Below are positions 28,601-36,550 of a stretch of 64,000 bases of DNA, piece after piece. Numbering within the stretch: the first letter of the stretch is position 1; every line of letters starts with the position of its first letter. Where the stretch lies: assembly GCA_016180645.1 (NCBI GenBank), contig JACPAV010000019.1, positions 78,560 through 142,559 of the forward strand, in the 5' to 3' direction. The position numbers were made by a program, and so were the translations under genes. This DNA is from Nitrospirota bacterium. GTDB taxonomy: Bacteria; JACPQY01. The notes beneath the pieces are model-generated. The model was not told the origin of the DNA. It saw nothing but the letters and a program-made list of their open reading frames with translations, and did no database searches.

Positions 28601-31409
28601 ACAAGGGATCGACAAGCTGAACTTCGATCGAGACGAGACCGCCCTCGCCCGAATCGGCCAGCAAGCCGTTCAATTGGGCCTCCAACTGATTCCGCAGCCC
28701 CGGATCGGTCACGAGTCTATCCAAGGCGGGCAGCAGGTCCCGAATAATTTCCCGTTGAAAGCCGGGAAGATTACCGGCCTCGATTCTCCTGCGAAGAACC
28801 GTGATCTTCCCCCGAAGACCCGTCCGCCCGCCGGGCGCGAACGCGGCATCGGGCGCTCCGTCCACGAGGGTGATCAACTCGTCCACCCCCTCCTCCAGAA
28901 AATCCATGCCGGCCTGATCCTGCTCTTTCTTCATCTCCTCGAGATCCAAAACAAGTTGGACTATCCCTTGGATGGTGTTTGTCCAACGGTCGGATGTTTC
29001 CTGATCAATAAGGCCCGCGCTGAGAGACTCCCCGATGAAATCGACCAATCCGCGCAGGAGCGACACCGATTCGTCCAGGAAAGCCAACCCCGCCGCCAGA
29101 TCGCCCTCCGAATTGGCGAGAATCGCGTCGTTCACAAGATTGATGCAGTTGATGATGTCCTCCACGATCCGATCGATCGGTGGAGGGACTTGACCGTGGT
29201 ACCGCTTGCCTATCTCGCGGACAAGAACGGGGAGCCGGTCGGTAATGATGCGCTGATAGTCGGCCGGGAGCGGCAAGGGCTGGCTCTCGATGTCACCGAT
29301 CACTGTCCGCGGATGGACAAACGGCGGTGGAGGCGACGGTGGCGGGGAGCCCGCCGGAGCGGTCACTACGCCGCCTCCCCCGCCCGGTGGAACCGGTTGG
29401 AACGGAGGCTGGGGAAGATACGGATTCAGGGCCTCGATCCGGGGCCTGGGATTGCCCCCACGCTGGATGATGGTAACGATCTCTTCGATGGGTGGCAGCA
29501 GTTCCGGGGGAATGGGCGGCGAGTAGGTGAAAACGTCGGGAGGGGGACTCGGAACGATCTCAATCGGCACGGGCTGGACGACGATTCGCTCCAAGGGCTG
29601 CCGGGGCGCTGCTGTCCGGATTTCAATGGGGGTCGTTCCGATCACGGGGGGCACGGGCCTGCCAGGGAACGGAGGAACAAACCCGGATCCCGGCTGGATT
29701 CCGATGACCACGCCTCCCTCGGAAGGTCCACCTGGCTCGAAAATCAGATCGCCCGGTTCCGCTTCCGCCCCGAACTGCGGAGTGGTGCGAGTGCCGACCC
29801 TCACGACGGTTCGCGTTCCCGGCCTGCGATTCCTGACGGGGATGGGATGAATTCTCTTGCGAGGGGTGGGGACGAAGATGCGCGTGAGCATGCTGAAGCA
29901 GTCGGCCTTCACATTGTTCGTCTCATCGCACTCCGCCACTTGATCGAGGGAATCCACGGTGACGCGATAGTGAATCAGAGTGGGGAGCGTCGGGATGCTT
30001 TGGCGGGATACGAGGGCCGATTGCCCGGGCGCGAGGCAGCCGGTGTACATCTTGGTCCCCAGTTCGACGTAATCCTTGAAGAAGCCCTCGGCGGCCACTT
30101 CAAACTTCACACGGAAATCACAAGCCGGTGCGAACCCCTTGTTCCGGATCTGGGCAAAAACCTCCACGCGCTGGCCGGGCCGGGGATTGAGCGGGCGCTG
30201 GTCGAATCGAAGGATTTGAAGGTCCGGCAGGCCCGTGCACTGGGCGGGCGGAGGTGGAAGGCCCGGCGGCCCGTCGAACACCGATTCCGTCTCGACGAGG
30301 TTGCCCCCGAGATCCTGCACCGAGGCTTGAAGAACGTTTCGGCCGGAGGTCAGAGGAACGAGCGACGACGTGGCCCCACCTCGCGTGGCCACGAAGCGAT
30401 CGGAAATATCCTCGCCGTTGAGATCGACCGATAGAGTTTCCGGATCGACGCCGGACACGGGCTCCTCGAAATCAAGCTCTACGGATAGCGCGCTGTCCGT
30501 CTGGATCGAACCCGGCGCCGGAGCGGCAACCATCCGCGGTGGGGTCACGTCCAGGGTGACGCTCCCTGGCTCCGTCGATACCACATCAATGAGCTTGACC
30601 TCCACGCGAAGGTCCTTCGAAGAACCGGCCAGAGTGCGCTTGAGAGTCTCCACCAAGGACTGCTGCTCGGCGGACAGGTGTGCAGCCCCTCCAATCCGAA
30701 CCTCGGGCCTGGGACCGCCTCTCACTTTGATCTTCAGCTTCGAATGGGGGGTTCCGGGGGACACAATCAAGGCATCGCGAAGATGATCAAGTGCGGTTCT
30801 TTGGACGGGTGAGAGGGCGACCCCTCCCTGCTTCTCACGGGAAAGCGCGGCGAAAGGTTTATACGAATAGACCGCATCCGGCACGGCCTGACCGGATTCA
30901 TTGAGTCCGTTCCAAAGCATGGCGAGGGAAACGGAAAGCTGTCCCCGATCGTTCCGGCGTCCGCGATGGACCCTGGCTTGGACCTCGCTTGAATCATCGA
31001 TCAACCGGACGGGCAAACCGAACGGATCTCCGATCTGCGCGACTCCCACAACCACAAAACGCGTGGAGGTCTTTCCGCCGCTCTCGCCGGGATCGTCGTC
31101 ATCGTCGTCTCCCCCTCGCTTGTCGACTTGGATCGCTTCTTGGGAAACCTGCACGAGGGCCAGGATGCCGGCTTCATCTTTCACGCCATCCCGGTTGGGA
31201 GAAAACGGATTGGGTTCGGCCTGCACGGAAAGGATCTTCAGCTTCCCGTCGCCCTTGTGACGGTCACCTTCGTGATCTCGCCCGGCCGCTCCGCGAGTCG
31301 ACAGGGAGCTTTCCGAAACGATGCCACGAGACTCAACTGGATCTTGAGCCGGATTCCCCCCCCCCCCCCGCGCATGAGAAACACAAAGTATCGCAACGAG
31401 TCTTTTCAC
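25632..31409 (-). CDS. Giant multidomain cell-surface protein (~1925 aa)
   Basis: GTG 31409 with AGAGGGGG upstream. FlgD-like Ig (PNPFSPNRDG...WNGLNESG), CARDB-like (PDLQ...ECDETNN), Pro-rich linker, helical segment, three Big_2-like domains, three 85-aa DTxPPET repeats, C-terminal TolB/PD40-like propeller. Confidence 0.85.
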   Translation of the reverse strand: MKRLVAILCVSHARGGGGNPAQDPVESRGIVSESSLSTRGAAGRDHEGDRHKGDGKLKILSVQAEPNPFSPNRDGVKDEAGILALVQVSQEAIQVDKRGGDDDDDDPGESGGKTSTRFVVVGVAQIGDPFGLPVRLIDDSSEVQARVHRGRRNDRGQLSVSLAMLWNGLNESGQAVPDAVYSYKPFAALSREKQGGVALSPVQRTALDHLRDALIVSPGTPHSKLKIKVRGGPRPEVRIGGAAHLSAEQQSLVETLKRTLAGSSKDLRVEVKLIDVVSTEPGSVTLDVTPPRMVAAPAPGSIQTDSALSVELDFEEPVSGVDPETLSVDLNGEDISDRFVATRGGATSSLVPLTSGRNVLQASVQDLGGNLVETESVFDGPPGLPPPPAQCTGLPDLQILRFDQRPLNPRPGQRVEVFAQIRNKGFAPACDFRVKFEVAAEGFFKDYVELGTKMYTGCLAPGQSALVSRQSIPTLPTLIHYRVTVDSLDQVAECDETNNVKADCFSMLTRIFVPTPRKRIHPIPVRNRRPGTRTVVRVGTRTTPQFGAEAEPGDLIFEPGGPSEGGVVIGIQPGSGFVPPFPGRPVPPVIGTTPIEIRTAAPRQPLERIVVQPVPIEIVPSPPPDVFTYSPPIPPELLPPIEEIVTIIQRGGNPRPRIEALNPYLPQPPFQPVPPGGGGGVVTAPAGSPPPSPPPPFVHPRTVIGDIESQPLPLPADYQRIITDRLPVLVREIGKRYHGQVPPPIDRIVEDIINCINLVNDAILANSEGDLAAGLAFLDESVSLLRGLVDFIGESLSAGLIDQETSDRWTNTIQGIVQLVLDLEEMKKEQDQAGMDFLEEGVDELITLVDGAPDAAFAPGGRTGLRGKITVLRRRIEAGNLPGFQREIIRDLLPALDRLVTDPGLRNQLEAQLNGLLADSGEGGLVSIEVQLVDPLSSVVLRPGEDIRFAAFCNFAFGDSTDCTSRVQWQSENTTVAASLGGGVFHASSFGTVSIHASLSDVISNSFEFYVVASTPFITGVHISGADPAVTLTVGGSLSLEAGCSLSDASSADCTGRVDWVTTDPAVAQVAVANGTATLQALTPGVALVSGSVEGATSDFVQVTVTSSPISGVAGFTFPGFLDFDVATGGYVSSLTPLSLSGVPYVLGPPIVPGPATVFLIPSLGGEPGFVFADNTPVPGVDGVTNFSAALLSIPFGDTIANGTLYVPLDLNGFQRFVYFNLPAGTVVDAFIENILSADERGFGFDYFWNLGSANVIIAPPPPPPPTIVAVQIFAPPTGFSLQVGQQIQLGVACTNSLGQTFPCADQVTFSSTNPSVATVQQGTAVLTALSPGTTFVTASADSVTSLPVPVSVVSPDTAPPETTISACPPFLTNQTSASFAFSSTEIGSSFRCALDSGGFVACFSPQNFFGLSDGSHVFRVRAVDSAGNIDPTPATCTWTVDTVPPETSIAACPASVTNQTSATFDFASTEPDSGFGCEWDGLGYSGCTTPQTFSSLSDGSHAFRVQAVDAAGNVDTTPATCTWTVDTVPPETSILDCPTSSTDQPSQSFNFLSTELGSSFECELDGSGFYLCFSPQTFISLSIGTHLFSVRAMDPGGNTDHTPATCAWSVNGCTGRTRLTFDPASDGSASISNDGAKIAFVSTRQGSQDIFLMDFDGSNQVALAATPLSEFAPAISGDGRRVAFLGQVGTEVHVFAIDSNGANLVQITPNGSGSHWDPPSIAGDGSRIVYSSSRMGMWQVFLFREGAGETQLTSQLADARRPVISDDGRFVAFDSGGDVYVVSSSGGSPTQLTDRGGLGFPEVDLVSDISGDGLLIAFTRNGANVGGGYVVKADGTGLTHISGNDTGFHIRLSLDGSNAIFACGAGDRLCVARTDGSLLLVSTEFHDADPDISGDALGVVFTHWDDPPAGPSDSDIYRLTCLFK
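26577..27341 (-). repeat. Three tandem 255-bp intragenic repeats
   Basis: DTAPPET/DTVPPET/DTVPPET begin at 27341, 27086 and 26831. Confidence 0.9.
31356..31369 (-). repeat. G14 homopolymer in the 5' end of the giant gene
   Basis: C14 on the + strand; frame currently open. Confidence 0.9.
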
Positions 31410-31590
31410 CGCACACCCCCTCTGGAACGCATACGCCACATCCTCATTTTGGGGTCCTTACCGCACCCTCCGATCACTTCCGCACACGTATCGCGCCTGG
31501 ATGCACATGTCAAGCATGATCGTCCTCGAGTTTACTGATTCTCCCTCGTGCCCAACGGGGCGTGAGCATTCGGTCTGCGACCGTCTCATT

Positions 31591-31629
31591 GAGGCTAAAC
31601 CTCGATAGCGGCTATCGAGGTTTAGCCTC
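31591..31629. repeat. Perfect 19-bp inverted repeat with 1-nt spacer
   Basis: GAGGCTAAACCTCGATAGC-G-GCTATCGAGGTTTAGCCTC. Confidence 0.9.
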
Positions 31630-31687
31630 GGGACCTGAGCCACTCTGCCTGCGACTGGCTGGATGCCACCAAGCTGGGCCGATGGCA

Positions 31688-32436
31688 TCACCCCAGGTTG
31701 AACTTCGCGAGCCTGGATCTCAACTTGGACCGCGTGAGGCCGAGGAGCTTCGCGGCCTCGCTCTGATTGCCGCCGCTCATTTCCAAGGCGCGCTCGATCA
31801 TCTGCTTTTCGACCGTGTCAATCGGCACGCCCCGTGAAATCCAATCGCCGACGTCCATCGCTCCACCCGCCTTTTCACCGGATGCGTCCCCAAGTCGCAG
31901 TTCCGCCTCCGTGAGGTACTCGCCGGAACAGAGGATCACCGCGCGCTCGATGACGTTCTCCAGTTCGCGAACATTCCCCGGCCAGGAGTAGGCCTCCAAT
32001 CGGCGCCGCGCACCATCCGTCAGGCCGCGAATCTTTCTTCCCACCACTCCGGCATGGTGCTTCAGGAACAAATCCGCCAGAAGGCCGACGTCGCCTTTCC
32101 GCTCGCGCAATGGCGGGAGATGAACGGGAAACACGCTCAGTAGTCATACGCCCCCTCACGAACGGCCTCAACGGCCGACTCCACCGTACCGAACGCCGTC
32201 AGCACGATCACCGGCACGCCCCCACCCTTCTCTCGCACCGCCTTGAGCACCCCCAATCCATCCCCATCTCCCAGTTTCAAATCGGTCAGGATCACATCGG
32301 CTGCCTCCAACTTGCCGAGCGCCTCGGAAACAGAACCCGTAGGAATCGCCTCATACTTCCGGCTCCGCAGCAGCACGCAAAGCACGTCCCTCAGCCCGGT
32401 TTCATCCTCAACCACGAGCACCGTCCCCCGGCTCAT
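31688..32436 (-). pseudogene. Sigma54-dependent NtrC-family response regulator with internal deletion and frameshift
   Basis: Receiver domain ends GAYDY-TGA at 32137. LSVFPVHLPPLRER...YSWPGNVRELENVIERA and a Fis HTH follow directly in another frame. Walker A, GAFTGA and Walker B are absent. Confidence 0.85.
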
Positions 32437-33680
32437 GCCTCCTCCGGTAGTACGATCTTGAACGCGGCCCCGCCGCCCTCCCTCTCCCCCACGTCCAATG
32501 TTCCTCCGTGAACGTCCACAATCTGCTTCACCACCGAGAGGCCCAACCCCGATCCCTTGGCTTTCGTCGTGAAGAACGGCTCGAGGATCTTTCGGCGAAG
32601 TTCAATCGACACGCCCGGACCATTGTCATTCACCTCCAGCGCAACAGCGGATGGCCCGACGGGCATTACCTTGATCCACACCCGGCCGCCCACGGCGACG
32701 GCTTGCCTCGCGTTCTGGACGAGATTCAGCAGCGCCTCGAATAATTGATCGGCATCGGCTCTCACGCGGTGGGGACGGCCGCCGGTTTCACAATCAAGCT
32801 TCACGCCACTGGGAGCGAACTCCATCCGCACCTGATTCTCGACACGGCGGACGATCTCCCCCAAGTCAACCTCTCTCAGATTCGGCTCCCGCGGCCTCGC
32901 GAAGCGAAGGTAGTCGACGACCAGGCGATCCAATCGGTCCACCTCGCCTCGGATGGTATCGCTCATGCGGGTCCGATCCGGAGCGGACAGGTCATCGCGC
33001 CCCAAGAGACCCGCCGCTCCCCGAATAGCGCCGAGCGGGTTCTTGATCTCATGAGCCACAACCGCGGAGAAATGCCCCAGTGCCGCCCAGCGCTCCTTCT
33101 CCTGCATCCGCAGTTCTATTTCTCTTTCCCGGATTTTCCCCGCCAGGGAGCCGCTCCCGTAGGAGACGAGCAGCATGAACGCCAGGAGGGACACAGGGAT
33201 AAACACTACGTAAGGCAACTGGAGGTAAAGGCCCGGATCCTCCCGGTGGGAGAAAAGCGGCACGTGCGGGAGCGCACCCTCATATTCCAGAAGTCCCATG
33301 GCCAGCAGGAGCAAGCCCGCCAGAACGCTCATCAACACACTTGTCTTGAAGTCCACGTGAACGCTCGATCCCACGGCCAGGATGGCGAAAAGCGGCAGGA
33401 ACGGGCTCTGCACCCCACTCGTCCAGTGAATCGCCACGATAAGGAGGAACACGTTCAGCACAATGCCAAGTAGAACGATCCCGCCGACATGGGTGGACCT
33501 CCGATAGAGGCGTCTACCGACCAGATTCGCGGGGAGCAGAACGGCGCCCAAAACAAGAAACGCGAGGCCGGTTCGGATGCTGAAGAATCCCAAGAGCCGC
33601 ATCAGGGGATACAGAACCCCAATGCCTACGGCCGTCACTTCACCGTAGCGCAGGCCCCAGATAAAGCGCTCGCGGGTCAT
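32433..33680 (-). CDS. Membrane sensor histidine kinase
   Basis: About 5-6 TM helices; AHEIKNPL, LLNLVQNA, DNGPG, EPFFTTK, GSGLGL. Confidence 0.92.
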   Translation of the reverse strand: MTRERFIWGLRYGEVTAVGIGVLYPLMRLLGFFSIRTGLAFLVLGAVLLPANLVGRRLYRRSTHVGGIVLLGIVLNVFLLIVAIHWTSGVQSPFLPLFAILAVGSSVHVDFKTSVLMSVLAGLLLLAMGLLEYEGALPHVPLFSHREDPGLYLQLPYVVFIPVSLLAFMLLVSYGSGSLAGKIREREIELRMQEKERWAALGHFSAVVAHEIKNPLGAIRGAAGLLGRDDLSAPDRTRMSDTIRGEVDRLDRLVVDYLRFARPREPNLREVDLGEIVRRVENQVRMEFAPSGVKLDCETGGRPHRVRADADQLFEALLNLVQNARQAVAVGGRVWIKVMPVGPSAVALEVNDNGPGVSIELRRKILEPFFTTKAKGSGLGLSVVKQIVDVHGGTLDVGEREGGGAAFKIVLPEEA

Positions 33681-33739
33681 GAACCCCGCTACCTCGCCGG
33701 GGCCTGCCTGCCCGACGGGCGCCGCGCGCTGGCGCGTAT

Positions 33740-34282
33740 CTACCACTTCTTCGGCTCGGTTCCCCCTCGCTTCTGGGCGGCGAGCGCCATGGCGAAGAGG
33801 AGATCCGAGAGCCGATTCAGATACCGGATGGCCAGAGCCGGCACAGGTTCTTTGCGGGACAACTCCACCACGCGTCGCTCCGCGCGTCGGCACACCGTTC
33901 TGGCCACGTGCAGTGCGGCCGATTCCGGCGTACCCCCCGGCAGCACGAAGCTCTTGAGAGGTCCAACTTCCGCCATGCAGCGATCAATCGATCCTTCAAA
34001 CCGTCCGATCCGGTCCGGCGGGATCGCCGTCTTCTCTTTCACTCGATGCTTCCCGTACGCGGGGTCGGCGAGCTGTGCCTGGATCGCGAAGAGGTCGTTC
34101 TGCACATCGCTAAGATCCGCCCTCAACTCAGCGTCGGCGAGCTGCGTCAGCATCCAGCCGAGTACAGAATTCAATTCGTCCACCTCCCCGTAAGCTTCCA
34201 CGCGCAGCGAGTATTTCTTCACCCGCTTCCCGCCCATGAGCGACGTTTCGCCTTCATCCCCTTTCCGCGTGTAAATCTTCAC
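33740..34282 (-). CDS. PduO-type ATP:cob(I)alamin adenosyltransferase
   Basis: KIYTRKGDEGET, AYGEVDELNS, FVLPGG, ARTVCRRAER, YLNRLSDLLF. Confidence 0.94.
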   Translation of the reverse strand: MKIYTRKGDEGETSLMGGKRVKKYSLRVEAYGEVDELNSVLGWMLTQLADAELRADLSDVQNDLFAIQAQLADPAYGKHRVKEKTAIPPDRIGRFEGSIDRCMAEVGPLKSFVLPGGTPESAALHVARTVCRRAERRVVELSRKEPVPALAIRYLNRLSDLLFAMALAAQKRGGTEPKKW

Positions 34283-34306
34283 TTTTCCTCCCGCCTCACG
34301 CCCAGC

Positions 34307-34963
34307 CTAGCATCCCGGCGCGTGATGAATACCGCTCTTTCTCCTCACCACCTCCTGAAGCTCCTCCGCCAGGGCAAGCGTCCGCTCGGCTGCCGCCCGG
34401 GCCGCACTCTGAGCTTCCTCAGCCTCAGCGTATCGCTCCAGCATCGAACGGCCCAACTGCTGATGGTAAGTTTCGTCAGGCTGAATGATCTCTTCGTACA
34501 GCTTCGCGGTCTCCGCATCCCCCTGACTCCGGCAGAGTTCGATGAACTGTCCGTTCTTGATGATCGCGATGGCTTCGCGCGTGAACTGCCCGGCGGCGAC
34601 ACGTTCCACCGTCGTCTTGAGTCCCGCGAGAAACGTGAACAGCGGGCTGTAGCCCTTCTCCAAGGGATTGAACCCATCGAGCGCATCTCCAAGCTCGATT
34701 AGGCGTTTCTCGATCAATCGATAATGCCGGCTCTCATCGCCCACCTGCCGGCCGAAGCCCATCTTCGCGTCGATTTCCGGGGTGGTCGACATCCAGAGCG
34801 CCGCAATCTCCGCAGCCTCGATTTCGTTTTTGAGCGCCATTCTGAGCATCGGAACGATTTGGAACGCAGGGTCTTGGAGGGGAATCGGCAGAGGCGATTT
34901 CAATTGGGCGAGGGATTTCTCATTTTCTTCGGAAAGCGACTGAACAAACCTACGGGAATCCAT
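34307..34963 (-). CDS. Ferritin-like diiron-domain protein
   Basis: Paired E...ExxH motifs: NEIEAAE / DESRH and REAIA / DETYH. Confidence 0.8.
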   Translation of the reverse strand: MDSRRFVQSLSEENEKSLAQLKSPLPIPLQDPAFQIVPMLRMALKNEIEAAEIAALWMSTTPEIDAKMGFGRQVGDESRHYRLIEKRLIELGDALDGFNPLEKGYSPLFTFLAGLKTTVERVAAGQFTREAIAIIKNGQFIELCRSQGDAETAKLYEEIIQPDETYHQQLGRSMLERYAEAEEAQSAARAAAERTLALAEELQEVVRRKSGIHHAPGC

Positions 34964-34991
34964 TCAACGGTGGTAGCAAAATTGGGCTACC

Positions 34992-35019
34992 TTGACAACA
35001 ACCGCTGATAGGCTATGGT
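34992..35019 (+). promoter_or_regulatory. Sigma70-type promoter of tRNA-fMet
   Basis: TTGACA-16 bp-TATGGT just upstream of the tRNA. Confidence 0.65.
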
Positions 35020-35032
35020 GAAGGAACCTGAT

Positions 35033-35106
<74 letters not shown>

Positions 35107-35212
35107 CCCGCCGCGCGGGGAGCGGGATCCGCACGCAGGAGGGGAGTCCGACCTCATTGGAATTGCGCGGATCAGGGTCGCCCGGCCAACCCGGCCCATT
35201 CGCATCATCCCA

Positions 35213-36484
35213 TCATGAGATGTGATTCATGCCTCCCATGTACGGACGGAGCGCCTCCGGCACGACGACCGTTCCGTCCGATTGCTGATGGTTTTCCAAC
35301 ACGGCCACAAGAGTTCGCCCCACGGCCAGGCCGGAGCCGTTCAGCGTATGCACAAAATCCAGTTTCTTGTCCTTGGAGCGGCGGTATCGGATGTTCGCCC
35401 GCCTCGCCTGGAACGCCTCGCAATTGCTGCACGACGAAATTTCCTTATATCCCCCCTCGCCGGGCAGCCACACCTCCAAATCATAGGTCCTTGCCGCTGA
35501 AAACCCCAGATCGCCCGCGCACAGTTCCATGACTCGATAGGGCAACCCCAGTTTCTGAAGTATGCTTTCCGCATCGGTCGTCAGACTCTCAAGCTCCGAA
35601 TACGACTGCTCGGGTGTCGCAAATTTGACGATCTCGATCTTGTTGAACTGGTGCTGGCGGATGATCCCCTTCACGTCTTTCCCATGAGAGCCGGCCTCTT
35701 TTCGGAAGCAGGGCGTGTACGCCGCATACTTCAGCGGGAGTCGCTCCTCCTCCAGAATCTCGTCGCGGTGGAGATTCGTCAGAGGCACCTCCGCCGTGGG
35801 GACCAGGTAGTGATCCCACCCCTCCACCTTGAACATGTCCTCCGCGAATTTCGGGAGTTGTCCGGTGCCGACCATGATCTCGCGTCCCACGAGCGAGGGC
35901 GGCAGAATTTCCTCGTAGCCGTTTTCCCTCGTTTGAGTATCGAGCATGAAATTGATCAACGCACGTTCCATCCGGGCCGCGGCGCCTCGGTAGACCACGA
36001 ACCGGCTGCCGGAAAGTTTCGCGGCGCGCTCGAAATCAAGAATGCCCAGCGTTTCGCCGATGTCCCAATGCGCGCGCGGCTTGAAGTTGAACGAGGGTTT
36101 TGCTCCCGATTCACGCACCAGCCGGTTGTCCTGAGCCGTCTTCCCATCGGGCACGCCGTCACTGGGAAGATTGGGAATCAGCAGCAGCCAATCGCGAAGC
36201 GCGGCCTCAGCCAGCACCACCTCCTTCTCGATCGCCGCGATCTCCTCCCCCAGCTTCCGCACTTCGGCCTTCTTTTCCTCGATTCCCTCGCCCTTCCCGC
36301 GCGCTTTCCCAATTTGCTCCGACATGGTCTTCCGCCGGTTGCGCATCGCATCGGCCTTCGGCACCAGTTCGCGCCGTTTCTGATAAAGCTCCTGAAACCT
36401 CCCCCAATCGCACTCCCCCCCCCGACGCGCCATCCGCGCCTTCACGGCCTCCAGGTTTTCGAAAATGAACCGAGCATCGAGCAT
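35213..36484 (-). CDS. serS: Serine--tRNA ligase
   Basis: [59 protein letters not shown]. Confidence 0.97.
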   Translation of the reverse strand: MLDARFIFENLEAVKARMARRGGECDWGRFQELYQKRRELVPKADAMRNRRKTMSEQIGKARGKGEGIEEKKAEVRKLGEEIAAIEKEVVLAEAALRDWLLLIPNLPSDGVPDGKTAQDNRLVRESGAKPSFNFKPRAHWDIGETLGILDFERAAKLSGSRFVVYRGAAARMERALINFMLDTQTRENGYEEILPPSLVGREIMVGTGQLPKFAEDMFKVEGWDHYLVPTAEVPLTNLHRDEILEEERLPLKYAAYTPCFRKEAGSHGKDVKGIIRQHQFNKIEIVKFATPEQSYSELESLTTDAESILQKLGLPYRVMELCAGDLGFSAARTYDLEVWLPGEGGYKEISSCSNCEAFQARRANIRYRRSKDKKLDFVHTLNGSGLAVGRTLVAVLENHQQSDGTVVVPEALRPYMGGMNHIS

Positions 36485-36550
36485 GATCGCGGGCATTATA
36501 ATTCAGAACTGCGTTGATTGTGACTGGATTCCACCCTACAATCCGCTCCC

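Noticed and set aside
28344-30434. 696-aa + strand ORF; similarly 58481-60151, 42291-43883, 45745-47184, 11022-12302 and others
   Set aside because: Opposite-strand shadows of better-supported genes, expected in high-GC DNA; no motifs.
31540-31560. Sigma54 promoter for the giant gene (minus strand TGGGCACG)
   Set aside because: No TTGC -12 element at the required spacing.
32130-32145. Programmed frameshift or TGA readthrough in the response regulator
   Set aside because: No slippery site, and recoding could not restore the missing AAA+ core.
35110-35212. Possible tRNA-Ser/Sec or ncRNA between tRNA-fMet and serS
   Set aside because: Only an imperfect GATCCGC...GCGGATC stem; no T-loop or cloverleaf recognised.
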